In this document: one piece after another, positions 52,101 to 63,200 of the stretch
Position numbering within the stretch: position 1 is the stretch's first letter
Layout of the letters: every line of letters begins with the position of its first letter
NCBI GenBank assembly: GCA_964035545.1
Contig: OZ037765.1
Coordinates: 4,846,698 to 4,910,697, forward strand
Length of the DNA: 64,000 nt
Source: Bugula neritina
Taxonomy: Eukaryota > Animalia > Bryozoa
Direction of reading: 5' to 3'
The notes under the pieces: model-generated
The model's input: only the letters and a program-made list of their open reading frames with translations
Database searches by the model: none
What the model was told of the DNA's origin: nothing
Position numbers and translations under genes: made by a program

Positions 52101-53336
52101 ACCAGAACCTTTGTCTAACTGATCACCACTAAACTATATGCACGTATCATTATTGCACGTTTTAATGAACATTATTCTGCCATAAACTTGCCGGAAACCC
52201 AAAACGTTGAGACAGTTAAATAGATGATAGATACTTACAGCCAACCCAAAGGTCATCACCTGTTGCTTTCAGCAAGTCCATTGCTGCCTGATACTGAACA
52301 ACAGCCTCGTTAGGCATATCAACAAGTAAACACAAGTCGCCTATCTGTTTACGGCACCTTGCTAAAAACCTGTTCCTGACAGCTCTACAACAAACATGTA
52401 AAGTAGTATACCAAGTGGTTATAAACATGCGTCTTGCAGCTCCAGAAATACTATGTAATACATATAAGCTATAGGTCCACAATCTTTGGCTCATACTGAA
52501 TATAAAAACCTAGCCCTAGTTCCATTGTCCCACTCCAACAATTGTATATTCAACTATAGACTTGAGCACAGTCTAACTTACTTCACTTCCAGGTCCATGC
52601 TAATCACGCCAAACTTTTCAAAAGGAGCTGTTAGGATTGACGGCTGTTTCAGCTGAACGTTGGTAGCAGTCAGTCTCCTCGACTCCAACACGTAGAATAT
52701 AGATCTACACATATACTCAATGTCATGGTTGAGATAACGGCATGCTTCATCACAATCCATGTAGCCAAGCATTCGTCTTCTCGTGTCATCCGATATATCC
52801 GATAGCACCTGGCTCAGCTCTTCATCACCATATTGGGGCAACTCTTTGTCAAATGCATTTGATTGGTCGGTGTAATGGTTTGGTTCAATAACCAGGGAAT
52901 CACTGGTTTGAGGTGAACCGTTGATTGATTCATTATGGTTTTCCGTCCTTTCCACTAGGATTTCCTTGTGTGGAATTCCCAGAATTACAAGCCGAGTATC
53001 GAGCAGCGTACTGTCAAACAAATTTTTCAAGTCTGTATACTGTTTCTCCAAATCTTCTCCGGATACCTGATCATTATATTGAGCTATGCATATCAATCCT
53101 AGAACTTTACGGTGATACTGAAAGTCGCCCCACTCGCTATTCTCCACTGGGTAATTCAATACGAAACGAGGAGAGAATTTTCGACCATCTTTTGTCACAG
53201 CAATTAAGTCTATTTTATTCACTTGGTCCCACAGCTGAAAAAATTTCTCCTTTGAGTTGAATGGGCCAATCGCTGAAACAAGAACGATGCAAGAACGGTG
53301 ATCTTCAGGCCTCTGTTTGTATTCCGGGTAACTCAT
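22133..53336 (-). CDS. TRAPPC9: Trafficking protein particle complex subunit 9 (NIBP/Trs120), ~21 coding exons
   Basis: Minus-strand exons (approx.): 53336-52582, 52384-52239, 51297-51166, 50362-50238, 46003-45935, 36607-36533, 35387-35186, 33987-33893, 33145-32968, 31720-31581, 30835-30750, 29957-29831, 28978-28771, 27241-27156, 26863-26678, 25482-25349, 25200-25087, 23633-23441, 23204-23124, 22955-22830, 22273-22133 (TGA). Diagnostic motifs: YPVENSEWGDFQYHRKVLGLI, RCRKQIGDLCLL, LWVGCALEG, FHRKAAFFKRVAAM, FIYTP, WVQG..VHLCNPLP. Confidence 0.95.
22397..22560 (+). mobile_element. SINE copy, 5'-truncated at the B box and preceded by an inverted duplication
   Basis: Same core and tail as the 14664 copy (GGAAGAGCATCCAGTCATAATTGCTCCTGTG ... 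GACTATAAACTTGCATGAGTTTT). Confidence 0.88.
23712..23900. repeat. Imperfect (GTGTGACAGACA)n repeat
   Basis: Visible degenerate tandem units upstream (on the minus strand) of the TRAPPC9 acceptor at 23634. Confidence 0.8.
25610..25794 (+). mobile_element. SINE copy with TSD
   Basis: Core GGTGATGTTAGGAAGAGCATACAGTCATAAAT and tail GACTATAAACTCGAGTGAGTTTT. 14-bp direct repeat ATAGAATGCAACTT at 25596-25609 and 25795-25808. Confidence 0.85.
28450..28770 (-). repeat. ~25-bp minisatellite containing GTAAGT, starting at a TRAPPC9 donor
   Basis: Minus-strand unit GTGTAAGTACAGTGTACGTCTATAC, about 12 units. Confidence 0.95.
30359..30495. repeat. 21-bp minisatellite ACATACAGGTCTGA(G/C)(T/C)AGACA
   Basis: About 6 tandem units. 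Confidence 0.92.
30924..31118 (+). mobile_element. SINE copy (internal deletion across the B box) with TSD
   Basis: AGCAGCCGTGATCTAAGGGTTACAGCG head plus the family core and tail. Direct repeat TATGTTTTAGCA at 30916 and 31119. Confidence 0.85.
34792..35021 (-). mobile_element. Full-length SINE copy with TSD
   Basis: Reverse complement has the tRNA head, B box GGTTCAAACCC and core TTAGGAAGGGCATCTTGTCATAATTGC. 11-bp TSD CACCACCAACA at 34781-34791 and 35022-35032. Confidence 0.9.
35650..35930. repeat. AT-rich low-complexity tract (TATTA/TACTA); similar tracts at 11800-12110 and 22330-22660
   Basis: Simple-sequence composition; generates spurious Y/I/L/F-rich ORFs. Confidence 0.85.
37104..37303. 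mobile_element. Foldback/MITE-like element with ~50-bp terminal inverted repeats
   Basis: GTAAAAATGGCACAGGTAATAACGGCACAAATGAAAAAGTAGGTAAAAAT at the left versus its near-exact reverse complement ending at 37303. Confidence 0.75.
38801..42381 (-). CDS. TALE-class double-homeodomain transcription factor (spiralian TALE/SPILE-like), nested in a TRAPPC9 intron
   Basis: Exon 1 42381-41787 (alternative Met at 42300; contains LKSHPLF; GTAAGT donor), exon 2 40510-40227, exon 3 39523-38801. The spliced ORF is 533 aa from the first Met. HD1 = KKSRFLSKKAVSILQRWYQQHRDHPYATDEEVKDLALAGGISHNQ|VKKWMANTRAR, with an intron at the Q|V position typical of TALE genes. HD2 = GKRYLSPKAKFILNEWFKEHEYRPYPTYEEKKELASLCGISSVKVDTWFANTRNR. 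Both have the 3-aa loop extension. Minus-strand AATAAA at ~38339-38344. Confidence 0.92.
43590..43785 (-). mobile_element. SINE copy (slightly 5'-truncated), ~1.2 kb upstream of the nested homeobox gene
   Basis: Reverse complement has B box GGTTCGAACCC, core CCATTGGTGATGTTAGGAAAAGCATTCGGTCATAATTACTC and the family tail. Confidence 0.87.
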
Positions 53337-54977
53337 AACTGAAAACCAAAATAGATATTGTCCAATAAAAAAATGAGCTAAATATGACTTTCTTATTTAC
53401 AGCCTACAGTTACTCATTCATGTAAAACTAAGAGAATTGTAGAATTTAGTTATCATAAAAACAAACTAAAATGCTCGATAGGTATTTAGTATATAAAATA
53501 TAAAGCAACATGCATGTAAGGAAAATCACGTAGAAAATGAACAACTAAATTGAGCCATATTTATCAAGTTTTTGTTAAAAGAAAGACTCTAGCCTACAAT
53601 AACTCCTTATGATTATTCTATTGGTGTAATATAAAGAAGCGTATTGATGTAGAATAAATCTGATTAGTTGACCAAAAAAAAACAATTTATTGCAAATGAC
53701 AGAAAGATTTATTTGGGACAACTGGTCAATGGGTAACTTACTACTCTTAGCTACAACTACAAGTACAACTACAAGTAATAGTACATCAAATTCAACATGA
53801 ACATATGTATTGTATAGGAGTTAAGATTAAGAATAAGTATCAGTGTGAGTACCAGTAGAATTAGAAGGTATCACTATAACAGCATAAGTATAATGCTATT
53901 ACATTACTATTAGTACTATAATAAATATAATACCTAGTAGTACTAGTAGTCAGTGACTGTAAGTATAGCACTGGTAACACTCACACTGACTCCAAGTATA
54001 ACTATTAGTATTATCAGTATTAATAGGCAGACCAACTACTACTAGTACTATTACTATTAGTACAGAGTACTAACTAACCAAGGGCAAGTGGGCAAGTAGT
54101 AACTAACTAAGACTTACAGTTAGTGTTACAGTTTCAGTTTGAGTTTGAGTTACAACTAGTACTACAAGTTACAGTTACTGTTAGTGTTACCATTTACGAG
54201 TAAGACAGTCTGGCAGTTATAAAACATAACCAAGTTAACGTGTTAATTATAATTGATCATAGTGACCATCCAATAGCTGAAAAACTATAACTTTAATATT
54301 TGTAATAAGTAATTATTATGATTAACACATCAAATTTTCTAGCAATCGAGAAGTACAAAACGAAAACTTGTAGGTTTATTGTAGTCTGCTTTTACGCTCG
54401 ATAAAGGTCTTGCTTCATTTTATTCAAAAATAATAAAAACTGTTGTAGAGCGTAGCGGGCAAGAATTAATAGCACGTAATCTAGACATAAGGCAGGCCGC
54501 AAGATCAATTTCAGTCATTACTCTAACGATAACATTGAAACAAAGAAAACTGAGCTAGAGTCAAGGACATTGCTGTAAAATGATATACATGTTGGCCAGA
54601 GTCAAATACTTATATTGATATTCAGATTGCTTACTCCACTTTCACATCAGTTTAAACTGAGCAAAGGTTTAAACCTACTAGAAATCATATGGTTCTTTTT
54701 AGAAATAGATTGAACCAGTTCTAATATAATTGTAACTACATCTGTGATCTGTAAAAATCTACAATACTTTCAGTTTCTAGTTCTAAATTAAAATGAAAAT
54801 CTAAATCATTTTAATTTTTATTAGAATAGGTAGCCTTTAGAACTATTACTAGAAACTGAAAGCTTTGGAGATTTTTTATTTTAATGCAAGTTTGAAATGC
54901 TGACACTAGTTCGTTTGCATCACTTTATACTAGAGTAAAGTTTTTTAATCTATTTTATTTGACTTGTCATTCAGAAT
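53337..54977. promoter_or_regulatory. Divergent TRAPPC9/WDR89 intergenic region, probable bidirectional promoter (core likely ~54340-54510)
   Basis: Head-to-head start codons lie 1.64 kb apart, and both ATGs are directly preceded by a YAG acceptor. The only CpG-containing patch is at ~54345-54500. TSSs cannot be seen directly. Confidence 0.55.
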
Positions 54978-57900
54978 ATGGCCAATATAAATATAGAAGA
55001 TGTGTTTACAAAGATGTCACTCTCTGGAAAATCAGCTGTAGAATTGATAGAAAAGAACAAAACTGCTTCATCGAATGCAGATGTTGATATCTATTATCTC
55101 CAAGTAAACCAATATACTGGGTAACGTAGATGACGCTTTCACTAATAAACAAATCTAAGCCAAATTCTAAATATATAGTCATGAATCAGGTTCTAAAACT
55201 TATTAAGCTAACTTCAAATATAATTTTCAAATTTAACGAAGAATACTTTTAAAATAAATTGATAGATATTTTTATTTTATACTGTTGTAAAATTCTGCTT
55301 CACTAGGAAATAATAGGGCGACTCTTAAGTCGTAGATTCTTTTTAGTTAATTGATAATTTGTAGGACATCAAAAGATTCGGTTGCAGACGGTAGACTGGC
55401 AATTCTCTGTTCCACTCATAATGTCAGAATATATGACTCTACAAGACTCGTCAGGACAGCAACAATTAATGGTGAGGCAACTCCCACACTCTACAGCATG
55501 TTTTGATATGTGTCATGTTATATAATACTTATCAGCCAATGTTTTTTACAGGATCTGAGGCTCAAGTTAGCAAAGTGAGGTTTGGACACAACTCACCTGA
55601 CCTAGTTTACACCTGCTCTCTTGACTCTAAGATAAGGTAGTCTAGTATTTCTAACTGCTTTTATTTTAATATAGAAACTGATTTAACTAATATTTTGCTT
55701 TATTTATGCTTTGATTCAAGTTTTTATGATACAGGCATGTTTAATGTAATATTTTATGCAGTACACTATCAAATGGATATAGCTTCACTATTTTAAGAAT
55801 GTTTTAATATTGTAAAAGTAATAGACTTGTTTACTATAAGAAAATAATCTGTCTGCGTTGAGTTTAGTACCTTTTAGTGCCAATCTGCTTAGTGGAGTGC
55901 TAGATAGGTGTATGTTCTTTATATCGTTATTGACATGTAGTTGAATTATTATCAATAGACTTTGTCACCAAGTTCAGCAGTACCTGCTAGGAGAATGATG
56001 CACACAATTCAGCACTGAGATTTCATATTATTACCCAGTTTAATATTTCTGAAACTCCACCCCTTCCATAATCCCGAATAAAGCATATCATGTTTTTTTA
56101 AATAAAGGTTTCATTCCCTACTCTTGTGAGTCAACTTATACAACTGTCATGTGATAATGTAGCATATAATGTGTATATTTGGTTTACTGTTAGGAGCTGG
56201 GATCTAAGAACGAAACTAGAAGCACCAGCATCAACCTTTAAAGGTCACTTTGAGTTCTTCAAGTTTTTCTGAGTTGTGCATTTAAGATTAGCCACTTCTG
56301 TAATATGTATGCTGGTGTGTGCCAAGTCTTGTAACGGGAGTTATCTGTTCTATTACAGCATCTGGTAACACTTCTTCATCTTTCCTGTCATTTGACATGA
56401 CACATAATGACAGGTTCTTGTGTGCAGGCACAAAGCTTCACAAGGAGAATGTTTATGTCTATTTTTGGTGAGATGTGTTCCATGAATAGTAAAACTGTCT
56501 TGATAATAGAATGTGTTGTACTCATATAATAAAATTATCTATATAAATTACATGTTATGTTAAATTGTTATTGCTCCATGTTATGAGCATATGATAATTC
56601 GGAAGTTGTGCAAGTCAAGGGGTGTGTCTGTTGCAGGGATCACAGGCAACCCGACTCCGTAGGCTGCTATGAAGACCTCCATAGTGATGACATCACACAG
56701 GTGAGTAGCTGTAAACTTCAGGTAGGTTATTCAGTGTACAAACTGGCTACAATCCATCACCTTATTATCACTTAATGAGAGTGGCTGCGTTTTATTGATA
56801 TTAACTTTTTTTGTTAAATTCTGTTGAAACTTCTAGATTCATGCATTTATTTAATATTGTTAAATTCTGTTACAAATTCTAAGTTCATACATTTATATTA
56901 AAGTGTTTAAAGTAGGTAAATTAAAGTTGATGTGTACCACTGCCTCTGCTGCTGCTGATTGGATTATTTGGTATGTTCCAAGGTGAGATTCCACCCGAAT
57001 AAGCAAGACATGTTACTCACAGCTAGTGATGATGGGTTAGTCAACTGTTTGGATATCAGTCAGCCTTCTGAGGAAGACGCTTTGCTCTATACTTTGGATA
57101 CGACTTCTACGCCGGTATGTATGTAATACAGTACAGTGTTTTCCTATGCTATATATCTCTGTATTTTATCTACCTGTATTATATACTTACCCCGCACTTA
57201 CTACTTATCCTATAGGCTTCATGTGTTTAATCTATGGATTTATCTATGTACTTACTTTGTACACTTACTCATGTATAATTACTCTGTACACTTACTCATG
57301 TATACTTACTCTGTACACTTACTCTGTTCACTTACTCTGTACACTTACTCATGTATACTTACTCTGTACACTTACTCTGTATACTTACTCTGCCTGTTTT
57401 AGGATAAGCTAGCATGGCTAGATGACGATTCAGCTTTCATATCTACGTTCTGCAATACAGCATATATATGGAATACTGACACAGTATGTGAACCCTTAAT
57501 TCTATAGCAACTTTTAAATGTCTATATTCTATACACTATATACACATGTATGTCTCTCTCACATTGAACGCACATTATTATATCACAGTAATGAGTGACC
57601 CTCGATGTTTATATTTTCAGGGTGATGAGTCAGTGAAGCGTAACCTGGAACACTTTCAGGTGTGTAGCTTCTATAGACTGTAATACATTATATCTACTGG
57701 TATGTGATCCTGTATTATGTATCCTTCTCTTGTTTGATCATTCTGTCTGCAGGACCAACTTAAGACTCATCGTGTGGACTACTTAGTCGACTGTTTCGTT
57801 AACAGCTGTAACACGCCAACACTCCTCGCTGGAAACGACAAGTATGTACTATATATGTACTATATATACTCTGTATACTTACTCTGTATAATCACAAGTA

Positions 57901-58961
57901 TGTACTATATATGCACTATATATACTCTGTATACTCACAAGTATGCATGTACTATATATGCACAGCAAGCATTTTACATTCACAGCTATTAAAGTCACTA
58001 TCACTACTTGATATAAATTGACGGTTTTAATTTTTTGATTGATTTGTTTTTATAAAATAAGTACTGGTTATGTTGCTTGCGCTAGCCTACTGTCCTGTGT
58101 TGTTTTTCATTGTGTTAGATGTGACGGTCTCCTCTTTACCCTCAGTGATGAGCCCTCCACCCATTTAGGAACTTTGCCATCCGCACACTCAGAGTGGATC
58201 AGGGCGTGTTGCTATAACAAGATTGTAAGTATTTCAATACTTGGCTACCAGTTCAGTATAATATTTGTGTGTGTACTGTATATTATATGAGTATAATACA
58301 CACATAGTAACTGTATACTATATGAGTATAATATATGTACTAACTGTATACTATATGAGTATAATATATGTACTAACTGTATACTATATGAGTATAATAT
58401 ACGTACTAACTGTATACTATATGAGTATAATATATGTACTAACTGTATACTATATGAGTATAATATATGTACTAACTGTATACTATATGAGTATAATATA
58501 CGTACTAACTGTATACTATATGAGTATAATACACACATAGTAACTTTATACTATATGAGTATAATATATGTACTAACTGTATATTATATGAGTATAATAC
58601 ACACATAGTAACTGTATACTATATGAGTATAATATATGTACTAACTGTATACTATATTAGTATAATACACACATAGTAACTGTATACTATATGAGTATAA
58701 TATGTGTACTAACTGTATACTATATGAGTATAATATATGTACTAACTGTATACTATATGAGTATAATACACACGTACTAATTGTATACTCTATGTGGTAA
58801 CTTTGTTTCAGTCACAGAGTCTGTACACTGTTGGAGAAGATGCACTTCTTTGCTGCTGGAAACCATCTGAATCAGTCAAAGCCTCTCCTTCTAACTCCAG
58901 GTCAGCGAAGGCGGGTCATACAAAGTCAGCAAGAGACAGGAAACCTTATACTAGACCCTGA
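54978..58961 (+). CDS. WDR89: WD repeat-containing protein 89, 12 coding exons
   Basis: Exons approx. 54978-55120, 55365-55471, 55552-55636, 56193-56242, 56359-56468, 56637-56700, 56982-57114, 57403-57483, 57621-57659, 57753-57841, 58119-58224, 58812-58961. Motifs: LAILCSTHNVRIYD, FLSFDMTHNDRFLCAGT, YEDLHSDDITQVRFHPN, SDDGLVNCLDISQPSEEDAL, TVGEDA..CWK and a C-terminal RKPY, all as in WDR89. Confidence 0.92.
57245..57392 (+). repeat. Minisatellite (TACTTACTCTGTACAC) ending at a WDR89 acceptor
   Basis: Tandem 14-15-bp units ending ~10 nt before the AG at 57401-57402. Confidence 0.9.
58275..58790 (+). repeat. 33-bp minisatellite containing TACTAAC, in the last WDR89 intron
   Basis: Unit TATATGAGTATAATATATGTACTAACTGTATAC, with a CACACATAGTAAC variant; about 15 units. 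Confidence 0.96.
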
Positions 58962-59166
58962 TTACTTGTAGAATTAGGAGTTGTGCTACCAACTACTACT
59001 TTATAATACATGTCTTAGTGTATATATGGAACTGTATATATGGATTTTATAAACTCATTTATTTTTATCTAAATATATTGTGAAGCAATTTTAAAGTGAT
59101 TGTATATAATGTGGATATGTGTGTAATACAATGTCATGTTACAATAGCTATTTAATAAAATTTTCA

Positions 59167-60171
59167 TTACTTTAAGATGTAAGGTTGTGTTTTTTGGAAT
59201 TGTCTTATTTTGTTAATTATTATGTGAATGAATGATGCTGGGAAAGCTTGATATTTCTCTTGAGAGTATTTGCTGTACTGTGCAGGGTCAGCTGTGGCCT
59301 CTAATAGAGTCTTCAACAAGTGTTGATTCTGTAATATAAGATGTAACTACTTGTCTTGAATCACTATAAGATATACTGTAGCTGCTAATATCCAACATAA
59401 CTTATGTAGGGGAATGTTTAGTTTAAGCCTAATTCACCATCGTAACATTAAGCTTAGGTTTTAAGCGTAGAAGGGAAACAGAACAATTGACTGTTGTGGT
59501 AAATTAGTAAGCCCTTGTGTGATGTGACCATATGTGACAATTGCAACTACTATAGCACTTATTATTCAATTATATTGCTCATCAAAACTTGTAGTATGGC
59601 TCAATATGTAAATGAGACTGTTGGCATCAAGTTGTCTCATAGCACTTTTTAGCTCAATAATAATGCCTGCACACTGCAAGGAAAATACTAGTTAATTACA
59701 ATAAATTAAAAATTCACATGTGCATACCTTGAAGATGGCCTGGTGCTTAGGAATGTCGAAGAGTTTTCCTTCCTTTACTATTGATTCTATCAACCATGTA
59801 TATCGAGCTAAAGCATACATGTGCGTAGTCACAATCTTGTTTTACTTGGTGAACATTTATGATTAAATAAAAAAAGATTTTGAACAAGACACTGCATAAT
59901 TTACTAAACAAAATGATCAGTTGACCTTAAATTACAATATTAAATAATCAAACCTTCAAATGTGACGAACTGCAAGTTGAAGCCATTAGCAGTTGCCTGC
60001 CCTTTAGTTTTAAATCCAATCTTAAGGGCATCAGATTTTATGATAAAGGCTTGTGGCTGGTCAACGGAGTTGCATGTTTCATAAACCAGAGTAGAGTGTC
60101 GAGTTCCTACAGTAGGCTATATAGTCTTTACATGTATATAAGAGGGATATGTTTACAGATACATATAGTCT

Positions 60172-60231
<60 letters not shown>

Positions 60232-63200
60232 CGCATTTTGTCGTAAAAAATTTAGGTCTAGTATGCAAAAATAAAATAAAATGATTTATTTTAAAATTAT
60301 ATCACTAACCAATTTTTTGTAGAGTGAGCACAGTTTCACATAGCAAATGGCCATTCTCTTGCAATGACAATTCAGGTATAACAATGAGGATTCGTCTGTT
60401 CTTTGCTGGGAAAACCTCCCACAAGCAATTCATATTGGTTGGATATTCACCTGGCCAGTTAGGACTAGTAATATATCCATGTATAGTGCCATTATACACA
60501 CCTCCACACTTTCTCGCTATATGTAACAACAAGGCCCTAGTAAAACTTGTAACAGCAATTTATATGTTAAATGGATATGCTAGTCTAACGATTGTTTGTA
60601 GCATCTCTAACCAGGACTGTTTTATGCAAAATCTAGCTTATGCTTTACATTTACTATCTATGTAGTCCATGCTTGTCCCTTTAATTACAATATAATACAA
60701 AATGTAGAGTTAATTATATATTGAAGTAAAAGATCAATTAAAACAATATTATTATAAGCATTAATATAATAATAGACTAAAATTACTAAAATATTTAGTC
60801 ATAAAAACATTTTTCATATCAAAAAAGACTTCATTTGAAATGCTGACTCAATTAAATATTACTGAGGAATATATTATTTGTTAAATCTAGAATATTAATG
60901 ACCTTCTATTGCTGCTATTTTGTTGCTACATCAAATACAAGGTTACATAATGAATGCTCTGTTACCTTTACACTGACTGGCTGACACAGCTCCAGTGCTG
61001 TCGGTATACGTCAGCGCAGGACACTGAATGCAGTAGTCTTTCCCCATTTCTGACTGGTAAGTATTCATTGGACACAGTGTGCAGCGCAGTGTATGCTGGT
61101 CGTAATAGTGTCCAGCTGTACATGTCTCTATTGGTATACAAGTTTGAGGTGGAAACACAATACACAACATGTGGCAGAATATTAATATTGCATAGGCTTA
61201 AGTTATACACAAGTTTTTATAATATCTAAGAATGCAATCAAAACAGCTTCATTGAAGTTATTTTTTATTGATAAAAAAACTCACGCAAGTTTATAGTCAC
61301 TATCCCTGTGAGAAAACCCCTAATGGAAAAGGGTTTTTTGTTAAATCAGGCTAAGGACTTATTCATGGGTGGGGCACAAGAGCAATTATGACTGGATATT
61401 CTTCCTAGCATCACCAATGCCCTTTGTTGGGTTCGAACCCATGACATCGTGTTTACTAAGCAAACGCTCTAACCCCTAGACCACGGCTGCTCCCTAATTT
61501 ATGTCACATTGATAATTTTTGAAAATAAAGTTCATTGACTATTATCTCCCATGTACAAGGATTCTTTCACAATAAGAACACAATATCTGTATAAAATATA
61601 AGTTGCCAAACTTTGCCTGGTAGAAAAATTAGGTTTAACTAATCAGTCTTGCAAGTATTGCAGCCTAGTGAGTCTAAGATTCTCACCCAAAAGACAGTCT
61701 CTGAAAGACTTAGCTCCGGTGTACTTTGTATCTGCATTACTGGGGCAGGAGATACAACGCACTCTTCTGGAGTAAGGCTGGTAGGTTCCTTTGCTGCAGG
61801 AAATACATGGCTGAAAGCCTGTCTTTGAGAAAGTGCCTGGTTCACAGGCTCCTACAAATACACAGAATTATAGGTATTCTAATTTGAAGAATTATCTGGT
61901 AATCATATATACAACCTTTATTCAAGGAGCAGTATATATTATGTGAACATAGTCTGTAGGTCATAGTGACTAGCTCTTTTATGTGAGTTACAAACAGATT
62001 AATTAACTATAGGCTAATGAGTTAATACATGGTTGTAAACTGACAAAAAAGCAAACTGTCTACTAGTATACTTTTTATATAGCATCAGTTCTAATAAATT
62101 TTCATATCATATGAGCAGCATTGTAATTTGAAGCCAATGCATTCTATGAACAAAAGCACCAAACTCCTCTAAATAATCTAAATAGTTTAAGAATCGGTTA
62201 AATAAATGTAAAATAATAATAGTATGAGAAATTACACAATGACAGAATTCCAGGACTAAAACCTATTAAATCTTACCATCACAGTCGGAGGGTTTTCTAG
62301 CTCCTACAGTGTGACCTCCTGAAGGACAAACTTTGCAACGTAGCTGGTTGTCCTCATCCTGATATGTCCCTCTTGGGCAAGAGATGCATGTGGAGTTCAG
62401 AGTATTGAAATATGTGCCAGCTCGGCATTTTACTAACAATATAAAGAGCTAACTTGCAAGCAGTGAAGGCACTCAACACACTTCAATATACTATGTGCAC
62501 AGAGCTTGTTTTGACTTGCACACAAAAAATCAGGATTTAAAATACCACTAAAATATTAGGATTCTATATATAATAGAAAGGATTACGATAATAAAATATT
62601 ATGTTATTTATGTACACTAACATACTAGAATACTATACAATGATGGATTTGTTTGCATAAGCTTTGACCAGGGAGATTTCCAGTCAACAAGAAACTAATT
62701 CAAAACATGAATGAATAAAATTTGTTCAAAATAAATATTTATGAATATGTTGATTATTGCTAAAAACAGCCTTATAGCTTTTGAGTTGAATTTATTTTTA
62801 GAATGCAGATATAATATCCAAAGCATTTATTTTGAAAATATTATACTGAATATTTTATACATCATTAATGTATTTTTACAGTTTGATGAATTGCTCACAT
62901 TTTTCATAATTTACACATTCCTTATTTCCATTGATGACATCATTGATAGTTGAGAAGCTGAAATTATTAAAATATTACTCTCAATTACAAGATCTGAACA
63001 TTTCATAAAGCCTGCCTTTGGAAAAGAAATAAACTACGTTAGAACGTTACAACTGAGGTTGGACAACATTAATGTGAGTAGAAAATATATAGTAATATAG
63101 CTAAAAGCCTATGATAGCTTTTATAACTACCAGGTAAAAAGTAGTACTAATTAGCTAAGGTAGCAGTAATTAGCAAAGGTAACAGTATTTAGCAAAAGTT

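Noticed and set aside
61425-61494. tRNA-Thr(AGT) gene
   Set aside because: The acceptor stem does not pair and the sequence runs straight into the SINE core; it is a SINE head, as in the other copies.
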